Source of the DNA: Myxococcota bacterium
GTDB lineage: Bacteria > Myxococcota_A > UBA9160 > SMWR01
Length of the DNA stretch: 59,294 bases
Assembly (NCBI GenBank): GCA_036447375.1
Contig: JAZFUU010000009.1
Coordinates: 1-59,294 of the forward strand
Direction: 5' to 3'
Position numbers and translations under genes: made by a program. Positions 8,391 through 17,297 of the stretch are shown here, piece by piece. Each line of letters opens with the position of its first letter. The first letter of the stretch is position 1. The notes beneath the pieces were generated by a model. The model saw nothing but the letters and a program-made list of their open reading frames with translations. It was not told the DNA's origin and searched no databases.

Positions 8391-9394
8391 GATGCCTCCT
8401 CTTCCGCGTGGTTCAGCGCCGGGAGCACCCGGGATTCGATCAGGCGCAGACACTGCCAGGAAAACTCGGGATCGAGCCCACCCATCAGCGGGTGCAGCAG
8501 GATGGTGTCCAGGGGGCCCATCTGTCGCGCACTCTCGATCAGCTCCTCGGGCGTCAGAATCGAATAGTCGCCGGAGCTCCGCAGCTCGTCGGCGTTCTCG
8601 ACGACCCGGTACGGACCCGCGACGTCGGAGTCCTCCATCCAGCGACCGTAGCTATTGCTTTCGTGGAGTGCGTGGGGCGCAATCCGCTCCCAGGCCGCAT
8701 CGGGATCCTCGGCGACGAACAGAAAATTTCCGCTGTGCGAAGGCGGCGGTCCGGGGTCGGGCCGATCCAGTTTCAATCGCTCGGCGCGGAACACCGCATA
8801 CAGCTCGGGCCGGGTCGGGATGAAATAATCGGCGTGACGCGCGGCGCGGCGTGCCGCCGCCTCCGACGCGCCTCCCATGAAGATCGGGGGCCGCGGCCGC
8901 TGCACCGGCCGCGGCGTCACCCGGACCGTCCGCCCCCGATACTCGAAAGGCTCGCCGCTCCAGGCCCGCTCGAGCAGAGGCACGATCTCTTCCATGGCGT
9001 CGCGACGATCCGCCAACCGCTTTCCGAAGGTCTCGAACTCCGACGCCACGTAGCCCCCACTCACGACCGGGATCACCCGCCCCTGGCTGATGACGTCGAG
9101 AACCGCGATGTCCTCCGCCAGGCGGATGGGATCGTGCAGGGGGACGGTGAGAGAGGCCAGCAAGATCCGGATTTTCCGGGTTCGCGCCGCGATCGCCGCC
9201 CCCATCACGATGGGAGACGGCAGGTAGCCATCGGGTGAGCCGTGGTGCTCCGACAGCGTGACGCTGGCGAACCCCTGGGCATCGGCCCAGGCACATTGAT
9301 CGATGGCCGTGGCGAACAGCTCCGCGGGAGCCGCCTTGGCGAAAGGCGGGCAGCGCAGGTCGTAGCGGAGTCCGAAAATGGGCATGCCGGCCAT
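8387..9394 (-). CDS. Luciferase-like (LLM-class) flavin/F420-dependent oxidoreductase
   Basis: MAGMPIFGLRYDLR...SVTLSEHHGSPDGYLPSP...IPVVSGGY is typical LLM TIM-barrel sequence. ATG 9394 (or 9385) is the likely start. The upstream part of the 443-aa ORF is low-complexity. Confidence 0.82.
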   Translation of the reverse strand: MAGMPIFGLRYDLRCPPFAKAAPAELFATAIDQCAWADAQGFASVTLSEHHGSPDGYLPSPIVMGAAIAARTRKIRILLASLTVPLHDPIRLAEDIAVLDVISQGRVIPVVSGGYVASEFETFGKRLADRRDAMEEIVPLLERAWSGEPFEYRGRTVRVTPRPVQRPRPPIFMGGASEAAARRAARHADYFIPTRPELYAVFRAERLKLDRPDPGPPPSHSGNFLFVAEDPDAAWERIAPHALHESNSYGRWMEDSDVAGPYRVVENADELRSSGDYSILTPEELIESARQMGPLDTILLHPLMGGLDPEFSWQCLRLIESRVLPALNHAEEEAS

Positions 9395-9527
9395 AGTATG
9401 CGACCCGGACAGTCCGAGGGAATCCGGGGGGAAGCGATCTGTGGCGGGCAGGTCGGAGGGATCGAAATCGGGATTTGAATCGGAACCCGCTTTCCCTGAC
9501 AATGACGGCTCCGAGAAGGAGGTTGCC

Positions 9528-10310
9528 GTGATTCTCGATTCGAAGACCGTGGTGGTTTCTGGGGTGGGGCCGGGACTGGGTCGCGAGATCGCCGCTGCCG
9601 CCCTGCGCGACGGCGCCAACGTCGTGGTCGGAGCTCGCAGCGAGGGGCGGCTCAAGGAGATTGCGTCGGAGCTCGACGCGACGGGATCGCGGATCGCGGT
9701 CTGCCCCGCCGACATCACCGACCCGGTGCAATGCGGCGCCCTGATGCAAGCCGCCGTAGACCGTTTCGATCGACTGGACGCCGTGGTTCAGGTCGCCGCC
9801 ATGGACACGCTCTTCGGCACGCTTCAGAGCACCACAGCCGACGACTGGCGAAAGTCGATGGAGGTGAACGTCCTGGGCACCATGCAGATCGCCAACGCGG
9901 CGGTCCCCCATCTCAAAGCCGGCGGCGGCGGCTCGATCGTACTCGTCGGCTCGCAGTCGATGTGGCTGCCGCCGAAGATGCCCCAGATTGCCTACGCCTC
10001 CGCCAAGGGCGCCCTGGTGTCGGCGATGTACCACATGGCGACCGAGCTCGGACCCGACCGCATCCGGGTCAACATGGTGGTGCCCACCTGGATGTGGGGC
10101 CCCATGGTCGAGATGTACGTCAAGTGGCAGGCCAACGAGCGGAAGCTGTCCGAAGACGAGATCAAGCGCGAGATCACCGCGAACATGCCGCTGGGCGAAA
10201 TTCCCGCCGACGAGGACGTGGCCAACGCGGCGACCTTCTTCTGCTCGGATCGCTCGCGAATGATCACCGGCGAGACCCTGATGGTGAACGCCGGCGAGCT
10301 GCTGCGCTGA
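9528..10310 (+). CDS. SDR-family oxidoreductase
   Basis: GTG 9528 is preceded by GAAGGAGG. Motifs are VVVSGVGPGLGREIA and YASAKGAL (YxxxK). Confidence 0.85.
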   Translation: MILDSKTVVVSGVGPGLGREIAAAALRDGANVVVGARSEGRLKEIASELDATGSRIAVCPADITDPVQCGALMQAAVDRFDRLDAVVQVAAMDTLFGTLQSTTADDWRKSMEVNVLGTMQIANAAVPHLKAGGGGSIVLVGSQSMWLPPKMPQIAYASAKGALVSAMYHMATELGPDRIRVNMVVPTWMWGPMVEMYVKWQANERKLSEDEIKREITANMPLGEIPADEDVANAATFFCSDRSRMITGETLMVNAGELLR

Positions 10311-10335
10311 CCTGGCGCGCATCAAGGAGAACGGC

Positions 10336-10854
10336 ATGGCTTCTACATCTTCCACTCGACTTACCGCTTCGGATCTGATCGAGATCGAGGAGATCAAACG
10401 TCTCAAGTACAAGTACATGCGATGCCTCGACCAGAAGCTCTGGGACGAGATCGCCGAGTGCTTTGCCCCCGACGCCACCGCCGCCTACAGCAGCGGGAAA
10501 TACGCCTTCGAAGGCTCCGAAGCCATCGTGGAGTTCCTGCGCAAGTCGATGGGGTCCGAGACCTTCCACTCGAGCCACCGGGTGCACCATCCCGAGATCG
10601 AGTTCACCGGCGAGTCCACGGCCACCGGCACCTGGGCCCTGGAGGACGTCGTGATCGAGACGCAGTGGCAGATCACCATCCGGGGAGCCGCCTTCTACGA
10701 AGACGAGTACGTGAAGCTCGACGGGGAGTGGAAGATCAAATCCACCGGATACCGTCGAACCTACGAAGAGATCCAGCCGCGCAAGGAAGTGACCGGACTC
10801 AAGCTGACCGCCAGCTGGTGGAGCACCGACGGCCGCAGCGAAATCGACGTGTAG
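10336..10854 (+). CDS. SnoaL-like / NTF2-superfamily protein (BaiE-like fold)
   Basis: 172 aa. IEEIKRLKYKYMRCLDQKLWDEIAECF is typical of SnoaL_4-type proteins. Confidence 0.75.
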   Translation: MASTSSTRLTASDLIEIEEIKRLKYKYMRCLDQKLWDEIAECFAPDATAAYSSGKYAFEGSEAIVEFLRKSMGSETFHSSHRVHHPEIEFTGESTATGTWALEDVVIETQWQITIRGAAFYEDEYVKLDGEWKIKSTGYRRTYEEIQPRKEVTGLKLTASWWSTDGRSEIDV

Positions 10855-10878
10855 CTCGCGGTCTGCGTTTGTGTGCGC

Positions 10879-12096
10879 CTAGAGGATCGCCTTGGACTGC
10901 TTGTGCTTGGCGATCTCGTCCCAGGAGATTCCCAGCTCGAGCAGCACCTCTTCGGTGTGCTGGCCGTGCTCGGGCGCCGAGGTCAGATCGGCGGTGGCTT
11001 CGTCGAATTGCACCGGGCTGCGCGCCAGCTTGAATCGCGAACCGTCGCTGCCCTCGACTTCGGGGAGATAGTCGTTGGCGATCACCTGCCTGTCATCGTG
11101 AATCTCGCGCGGCGTCTGCATGGGCGCCCAAACGCCTTCCATGGTCTCGAGCCTCTCCCGCCATTCGTCGAGGGTGCGAGACGCGAAGGTGCGATCCAGC
11201 TCGTCGACGCAGGCCTCCCGGTTCTCGAAACGCTTGCTGCCCTCGGCAAAGCGGGGATCGTCGATCAGGTCCGGGCGATCGAGGTGCCGGCAGAAGTCGG
11301 CCCAGAAGCGGTCGGGCTGCAGCATGATCACGATCAGCCAGCGATCGTCCTTGGTGCGGTATTGGTTCACCAACGGATTCGGGGCTCGCTTCCGGTTGAA
11401 ACTCGGGAACTTCGGAAGAAACGGACTCGCGGTGATGTCCGGCGAGAGCACCCAGCACGCCGTCGCCAGCAGTGAAATGTCGAGCACCGACGGCTTCCCC
11501 GTTCGCTCTCGGCGGAACAGCGCCGCCGCGATTCCCCCCGCGATGGTCAGACCCCCGATTCCGTCGCCGAAGGCGGGCCGTTGCCCGACCGGATGCTCGG
11601 CATCGGGGGTGCTGCTGGTGAAGGCTGCGGCCAGGCCGCCCCGGGCCCAGAACGAGGCCCCGTCATAGCCGCCCTTCGCAGCGTCCGGGCCGCGCACACC
11701 CTGGCCCGATCCCCGCACGTAGATGATGTTGGGATTCCGTGCCCGGATGTGCTCGAGGTCGATCTCGAGACGCTGGCGCGCGTCGGGCAAAAAACTGGTC
11801 AGGAATACGTCGGAGGTTTCCGCCAGCCGGTAGAGCAGCTCGCGACCGCCGGGTGCCGCGATGTCGATGCCAATGCTCCGTTTCCCGCGATTGGGCTGTT
11901 CCCACATGAAGTTGAAACCGCCCTTCCCCACCGGCAGCAGACCCGAGGTGATGAGGCCGCGTTGGGGGTCACCCGTGACGGGGTGCTCCACCTTGACCAC
12001 ATCCGCTCCCCAGTCGGCGAGAACCGCCCCGGCGGAGGGCACGAACCACCACTGCGCCACCTCGAGAACACGAATTCCGGCCAGAGGCTGTTCCAT
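10879..12096 (-). CDS. Family III CoA-transferase (CaiB/BaiF-type)
   Basis: GIRVLEVAQWWFVPSAGAVLADWGADVVKVEHP. The catalytic-Asp context is FGDGIGGLTIAGGIAAAL. The C-terminus has APEHGQHTEEVLLELG. Confidence 0.92.
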   Translation of the reverse strand: MEQPLAGIRVLEVAQWWFVPSAGAVLADWGADVVKVEHPVTGDPQRGLITSGLLPVGKGGFNFMWEQPNRGKRSIGIDIAAPGGRELLYRLAETSDVFLTSFLPDARQRLEIDLEHIRARNPNIIYVRGSGQGVRGPDAAKGGYDGASFWARGGLAAAFTSSTPDAEHPVGQRPAFGDGIGGLTIAGGIAAALFRRERTGKPSVLDISLLATACWVLSPDITASPFLPKFPSFNRKRAPNPLVNQYRTKDDRWLIVIMLQPDRFWADFCRHLDRPDLIDDPRFAEGSKRFENREACVDELDRTFASRTLDEWRERLETMEGVWAPMQTPREIHDDRQVIANDYLPEVEGSDGSRFKLARSPVQFDEATADLTSAPEHGQHTEEVLLELGISWDEIAKHKQSKAIL

Positions 12097-12146
12097 CGCC
12101 CACTCCCTTGATCGATTCGCCGAAGAACCGAGTAGGATACACGACG

Positions 12147-13451
12147 ATGGCGTGGGATTTCTCGACGGAGCCCGAATTTCAGGCCCAGCTCGACTGGATG
12201 GCCGGATTCGTGCGCGAGGAGATCGAGCCCCTCGACCTGCTGTTTCGCGACCCCGGGGCCCCCTACGACACGGGCAACCAGCGGGCCCGCCGAATCACGG
12301 CCCCCCTGAAGGCGAAGGTGAAGGACCGCGGACTCTGGGCCTGCCACCTGGGACCCGAGCTGGGAGGGCTGGGCTTCGGCCAGGTCAAGCTCGGGCTCAT
12401 GAACGAAATCCTGGGTCGCTCGGCCTGGGCGCCCAGCGTCTTCGGATGCCAGGCTCCGGATTCGGGGAATGCGGAGATTCTGGCTCACTACGGCAGCGAG
12501 GAGCAGAAGCGACGCTATCTCGAACCCCTCCTCGCCGGCGACATCGTGTCGTGTTACTCGATGACCGAGCCCCACGCCGGCTCCGATCCCAAGATGTTCA
12601 CCACCCGCGCCGTTCGCGACGGGGACGACTGGGTGATCAACGGGGAGAAATGGTTCACCTCGAACGCACGCTTCGCTTCGTTCCTGATCGTCATGGCGGT
12701 CACGAACCCCGACGTGAGCCCCTACGAGGGCATGTCGATGTTCCTGGTCCCCGCCGAAACTCCGGGCGTGCAGATCCTGCGCGACGTCGGTCTTTCCGGC
12801 GAAGTCCCCGGCGAGGGCGCCCACGGCTACATCCGCTACGAGAACGCTCGGGTTCCCGCCGATAGTCTGCTCGGCGACGAGGGTTCGGCCTTCCGCATCG
12901 CCCAGACGCGTCTCGGCGGCGGCCGCATCCACCACGCCATGCGTACCGTCGGGCAATGCCAACGGGCCTTCGACATGATGTGTGAACGCGTACTTTCCCG
13001 GGAGACCCAGGGAACGCTGCTGTCCGAGAAGCAGAGCGTGCAGAACGACATCGCCGACTCCTGGCTCGAGCTTCTCCAGTTTCGGCTGCTCGTGCTTCAT
13101 ACCGCCTGGCTGATCGACCACGGCGCAAAGCAGCAGGCCCGCACGCAGATCGCCGCCGTCAAGGTCGCCACACCCAAGATCCTGCACGATGTCGTGTGGC
13201 GCGCGATGCACCTGCACGGTGCCCTGGGCGTTTCCAACGAGATGCCCTTCGGCGGCATGTGGCTCACCGCCGCCATCATGTCCGTCGTGGATGGGCCCAG
13301 CGAAGTGCACCGGATGACCGTCGCGAAGCGTGTGCTACGCGACTACAAACCCTCCGAGGGTCCCTTCCCCAGCGAACATCTGCCCACCCGCCTCGAAGCG
13401 GCTCGGGCGAAATTCGCGGAAATCCTCGAGCTCGAGGTCGGCGACCTCTAA
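12147..13451 (+). CDS. Acyl-CoA dehydrogenase
   Basis: ATG 12147 (MAWDFSTEPEFQAQLDWMAGFVREEIEPL). SMTEPHAGSDP is also present. The C-terminal part is ACAD-like. Confidence 0.9.
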   Translation: MAWDFSTEPEFQAQLDWMAGFVREEIEPLDLLFRDPGAPYDTGNQRARRITAPLKAKVKDRGLWACHLGPELGGLGFGQVKLGLMNEILGRSAWAPSVFGCQAPDSGNAEILAHYGSEEQKRRYLEPLLAGDIVSCYSMTEPHAGSDPKMFTTRAVRDGDDWVINGEKWFTSNARFASFLIVMAVTNPDVSPYEGMSMFLVPAETPGVQILRDVGLSGEVPGEGAHGYIRYENARVPADSLLGDEGSAFRIAQTRLGGGRIHHAMRTVGQCQRAFDMMCERVLSRETQGTLLSEKQSVQNDIADSWLELLQFRLLVLHTAWLIDHGAKQQARTQIAAVKVATPKILHDVVWRAMHLHGALGVSNEMPFGGMWLTAAIMSVVDGPSEVHRMTVAKRVLRDYKPSEGPFPSEHLPTRLEAARAKFAEILELEVGDL

Positions 13452-13513
13452 GCGGTCGCCTCCCCGGAGCTGCGAAATCGGACACCCTTCCAATTGCACA
13501 TGAACCCGGCAGC

Positions 13514-14353
13514 ATGACTCTCGCAGACCGGCGCATCCTCGTGGTCGGTGCCTCCTCGGGCATCGGCCGGGCCTTCGCCCTCAGCGCCAGCGCCGCCGGA
13601 GCGCGGGTCGTCTTCGGCGCGCGGCGGGCGGACCGTCTCAAGGAAGCCGTCGAAGAGGCCGGCAGCGGCAGCGCGGTCGTCGCGGATGTGCGGCGCCCTG
13701 ACGAATGTGAACGCCTGGTCGCCGAGTCCGTCGAGATCCTCGGCGGTCTCGACGTGCTCATGTACGGCGCGGGGATCATCTCGATCGCGCGCCTCGCCCA
13801 CGCTGACGAGGAGCACTGGCGCAGTGTCTTCGAGACCAATCTACTGGGCGCCCAGTGGGTAACCCGCGCCGCCCTGCCCCACCTGCGCGCCGGGGGCGGT
13901 GTCGCTGCCTACCTGTCTTCGAATTCCGTCGGTCGACCCCGCCAGGGTCTCGTCGCCTACAGCGCGAGCAAAGCGGCCCTGGACGAGTCGATTCTCGGCT
14001 GGCGAACCGAACATCCCGAGCTGCGCTTCCTGCGGATCGTCGTCGGACCCACCATCGGAACCGACGCCGCCCGGGACTACGATTTGGAGCTGGCCGGCGA
14101 CCTGTTCCGCGAGTGGACCGCTCATGCGTTCATGACCGAGAAGATGATGCAGGCCGACGATCTGGGACAGCTGCTCGCCGAGATGCTGTCCAGCGTCCTG
14201 GCCCACCCGGAGATCGCCGTGCAGGACTTGCGCGTGGAGCCTCCGGGCCCGATCCAGTTGCTCGGCGCGCAAGAGCTGGTCGAGACCGTCGCGCGTCAGC
14301 AGGATCTCGCCAAGGCGAACGATCCGCCTGCGAAGAAGCCCCAGAGTTCATAG
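13514..14353 (+). CDS. SDR-family oxidoreductase
   Basis: ATG 13514. Motifs are ILVVGASSGIGRAF and YSASKAAL. Confidence 0.85.
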   Translation: MTLADRRILVVGASSGIGRAFALSASAAGARVVFGARRADRLKEAVEEAGSGSAVVADVRRPDECERLVAESVEILGGLDVLMYGAGIISIARLAHADEEHWRSVFETNLLGAQWVTRAALPHLRAGGGVAAYLSSNSVGRPRQGLVAYSASKAALDESILGWRTEHPELRFLRIVVGPTIGTDAARDYDLELAGDLFREWTAHAFMTEKMMQADDLGQLLAEMLSSVLAHPEIAVQDLRVEPPGPIQLLGAQELVETVARQQDLAKANDPPAKKPQSS

Positions 14354-14383
14354 GCGAAACTCGACCGACGTAGCGGAGCTGCT

Positions 14384-15238
14384 TCAGCCCTCGTCCGGGG
14401 GGTTCGACGCCGTGCCGGATCCGTCTTTGCGCCGGAAGTAGCGATTGATGCCGTCGAAAGGGATGTAGCGCTCGATCGTCTCGTAACCGTGCACGTGGAA
14501 GTATTTGGCCACGAGCCGGTTCTTGCCCTCGATCACGACGAGATCGGGCCGAAACCGATCGATGTCGAAGCCCGCCAGGGCCTTGGGTTCGTGGCCCTCG
14601 ATGTCCATGGAGAGCAGGTCGACCTTTTCGATCCCCTCGCGATCCAGCAGATCGTTGAGCGTGATCCTGGGGATTTTCAACTCCTCGGGCTGCATGGACG
14701 CCCCGTATTTCTTTCCCGCTGCCCGATTTCGACTGGTCGACGAAAGACCGATGTCGGGCGACTTGAAGAAAGTCCCGGCTCCCTCGGATCGGTCGGTCAC
14801 CAGAAAGCTGAAAAACTTCGCGTTGGGTCGACTCCGTTTCCAGCCCTCGGCGTATTCATCGAGGGCATCGATGCCGATTCCCGTCCAGCCGAGGTGCTTC
14901 TCGAGAAAGTAGGTATTGCTGGCTTTGATCGGCCAGGCGCAGCCCACGTCGACGAAGACACCCCCCTCCCGATCCTGAAAGAAGTCGCGGATGATGAGTT
15001 CTTCGTCGAGCAGCGAGTAGCGCTTTTCTTCGGCGAGGATACCCGTGCGGCCCGGCGCGTTTCGGATCTTTCTCTGATGGTCGCCCAACAATTCGTAGAG
15101 AGAACGCTTTTCCGGAACCGTCACAGCGGGCGTGGGAGTGGCCCCGGTCGCGAGTTCTTCCGAACACCCGGCAACGAGAATCGTCGTCGCGAACAGCGCC
15201 ACCGCGCCGAGGCGGCCAAAGAAGGGGACCCGATTCAT
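14384..15238 (-). CDS. FkbM-family methyltransferase with lipoprotein-type signal peptide
   Basis: ATG 15238 forms an ATGA overlap with the upstream stop. The N-terminus is MNRVPFFGRLGAVALFATTILVAGC, with a lipobox. The FkbM-like core reads VFVDVGCAWP...LLSMDIEGHEPKAL. Confidence 0.8.
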   Translation of the reverse strand: MNRVPFFGRLGAVALFATTILVAGCSEELATGATPTPAVTVPEKRSLYELLGDHQRKIRNAPGRTGILAEEKRYSLLDEELIIRDFFQDREGGVFVDVGCAWPIKASNTYFLEKHLGWTGIGIDALDEYAEGWKRSRPNAKFFSFLVTDRSEGAGTFFKSPDIGLSSTSRNRAAGKKYGASMQPEELKIPRITLNDLLDREGIEKVDLLSMDIEGHEPKALAGFDIDRFRPDLVVIEGKNRLVAKYFHVHGYETIERYIPFDGINRYFRRKDGSGTASNPPDEG

Positions 15239-16389
15239 TCGATGCCTGCCCGGCTGTTGCGCTGCGGCGGCTGCTCGTCGAGGCCCCTCTCCCGGAGCGT
15301 CTTCGCGAAAACGGCCGCGATCACATCGTGGCCTCCGGCACCGTAGTGTGCGTCGACGGGGAGGATCACCGAGGTTCGCTCCATACCGCTCTCGAGGTAG
15401 CGCGCCTCGAGGGCGAGGATCGCATCCTCGAAGACGATTCCGTGCCCCTCCGCCCAGTCCGCAAAGGCCTCTTGCGCGAAGAACCGCGAGTGCCGGTAGC
15501 GACGCTGGTAGTCCTTCCACAGATCCGGCATCACGAGGTTCGCGTTCCCGATGTGCACCATGACCAGGCGCGCGCCCAGCGATTCCAACAGGTCGTTCAA
15601 CGCGAGCAGCTTCTGCTTCGTCTGCTCGCTGCTCCGCACCAGCCGCTCGTCCATGCCGTGGACCGCGACCCCCAACCGGCCGAGCAGCGAGTTGCCGGCC
15701 AGGCGCAACAGCTTCCCCAGCGCGGTGCGGTTCACGAAGGTCCGGGCGAACCGGGACCTCATGACCCGCTCCTGCAGAGACTGCTCCCCGTCACCAGCCC
15801 GGGAGTAGGCGGGGTTCCGCACCAGGAATCCATCCTCGACGACAAGCAGGTCCGGGGGAAACGTGCCCGACTCGACATCGTTCCAGCTCATCGCGTACAG
15901 GACCAGCCGGATCGGTTGTCCCGCATCGTGAACGCGGCGCAGCACGTGCTCGTACTGGCTCACCCCGTAGCCGAAGACTCCGGTGTTGACCACGTTCATG
16001 TGCAGGTTCGCCTGCAGCCGCTCCACCCAGGTCGCCTCCACGCGCACGCCGTGGCCGAAGGTCTGGGAATCCCCAATCGCGATGATTCCGGGGTTGGAAT
16101 ATCGCTCGTCGTAGAGGTCACGCAGGCCGGCTTCGTCGGTTCGAACCTCCTCGGAGAAGTGCCCGTTCGTCATAATCGTCTGCTGGTTCGGCTGCAGCCG
16201 GTAGCCGATGACAGGATCCGCGACCAGGGCGACCTGCGCGAAGGGGTCGACACTTTCCACCGGCAAGATCGTCGCACGCAAGAACCATTCCGCGATCACC
16301 AGGGTGAGCGCGACGGAGAACAGACCGAGCGCCAGGCCCGCTGCGACGCCCGAGAGGGAACGAGACACGCCCCGCAGTATAGATGCCAA
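15235..16389 (-). CDS. Membrane-anchored SGNH/GDSL-family hydrolase or acyltransferase
   Basis: An N-terminal hydrophobic anchor is present (GVAAGLALGLFSVALTLVIAEWF). Block I is IIAIGDSQTFGHG, there is an SWND block, and a C-terminal D-x-H (VDAHY). Confidence 0.8.
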   Translation of the reverse strand: MASILRGVSRSLSGVAAGLALGLFSVALTLVIAEWFLRATILPVESVDPFAQVALVADPVIGYRLQPNQQTIMTNGHFSEEVRTDEAGLRDLYDERYSNPGIIAIGDSQTFGHGVRVEATWVERLQANLHMNVVNTGVFGYGVSQYEHVLRRVHDAGQPIRLVLYAMSWNDVESGTFPPDLLVVEDGFLVRNPAYSRAGDGEQSLQERVMRSRFARTFVNRTALGKLLRLAGNSLLGRLGVAVHGMDERLVRSSEQTKQKLLALNDLLESLGARLVMVHIGNANLVMPDLWKDYQRRYRHSRFFAQEAFADWAEGHGIVFEDAILALEARYLESGMERTSVILPVDAHYGAGGHDVIAAVFAKTLRERGLDEQPPQRNSRAGIE

Positions 16390-16434
16390 CGACCGGCGGA
16401 CACGGGCATCGGTTGCGTATCATAGGCGGCGTCT

Positions 16435-17235
16435 GTGGGCGAGGAGTCCGTCCACCCGCCGAGCCTGAGTCGAGGTGAATCGCCCTTGGAATACGAGCAC
16501 ATCCTCTTCGATGCAGCGGACGGAATTGCGACGATCACATTGAATCGACCCGACGTGCTCAACGCGTATCAGCCCCAGATGGGGGACGAGCTGGTCCGCG
16601 CCTTCGAGCGGGTGCGAGCCGATGCTGCACTCCGCGTCGCGATCCTGACGGGAGCCGGACGGGCTTTCTGCGCCGGGGTCGATCTCAAGTTCATGAAGGA
16701 GCACGCTGCGCGGATCGCGCAGGGCGAGGACCTGCTGCCGCTAGGGCAGGAACACTTCGTCCGGGGATTCGCTCAGGACCTGGCGAGCTTTCCCAAACCC
16801 GTGATCGTGGCGATCAATGGTCCTGCCATCGGGGTGGGAGTCACGATGTCGCTCCCCTGCGATATTCGCCTCGCCGCCGAGGGCGCCACCTTCGGCCTGA
16901 CCTTCACGAAGCTCGGGATGCTGCCGGGCCTGGGAAGTACGCACCTGTTGCCAAAGATCGTGGGGCTCGGAAACGCCCTCGAGCTGATCCTCACCGCCCG
17001 GGTCATCGAGGCCCGAGAAGCCGCCGCGATCGGTCTGGTCAATCGCGTGGTCTCCCCCGACGCCCTCCTGTCCGAAGCGCGGGCGACGGCCGCCCTGGCA
17101 GCGGAGTGTGATCCCGACGCCCTCGCCGCCGCCAAGCGCGCGCTACACTTCGGGGCCTCGGCGACGCTGGTCGAGGCCATGCAGAACGAGCGCTCGCAAT
17201 CAGGGGCGATTCGCGGCCGTCGAGACACTTCCTGA
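16435..17235 (+). CDS. Enoyl-CoA hydratase/isomerase (crotonase) family
   Basis: ILFDAADGIATITLNRPDVLNA...FCAGVDL...AINGPAIGVGVTM. The start could be GTG 16435 or TTG 16486. Confidence 0.88.
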   Translation: MGEESVHPPSLSRGESPLEYEHILFDAADGIATITLNRPDVLNAYQPQMGDELVRAFERVRADAALRVAILTGAGRAFCAGVDLKFMKEHAARIAQGEDLLPLGQEHFVRGFAQDLASFPKPVIVAINGPAIGVGVTMSLPCDIRLAAEGATFGLTFTKLGMLPGLGSTHLLPKIVGLGNALELILTARVIEAREAAAIGLVNRVVSPDALLSEARATAALAAECDPDALAAAKRALHFGASATLVEAMQNERSQSGAIRGRRDTS

Positions 17236-17297
17236 ATGCGCCACGGCATCCGAGTGCGCCACGGGAACAGACCCCTCGGGCAGCGGCGAGGAGCAGC

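Noticed and set aside
6528-8567. 679-aa ORF on the plus strand
   Set aside because: It is antisense to the kinase and SDR genes. The sequence is low-complexity and Arg/Pro/Gly-rich.
9465-9476. AAATC-GG-GATTT palindrome in the LLM/SDR divergent region
   Set aside because: The arms are only 5 bp, which is too short to distinguish from chance.
8652-10478. 608-aa ORF on the minus strand
   Set aside because: It overlaps the LLM gene out of frame and is antisense to the SDR at 9528-10310. It has shadow-frame composition.
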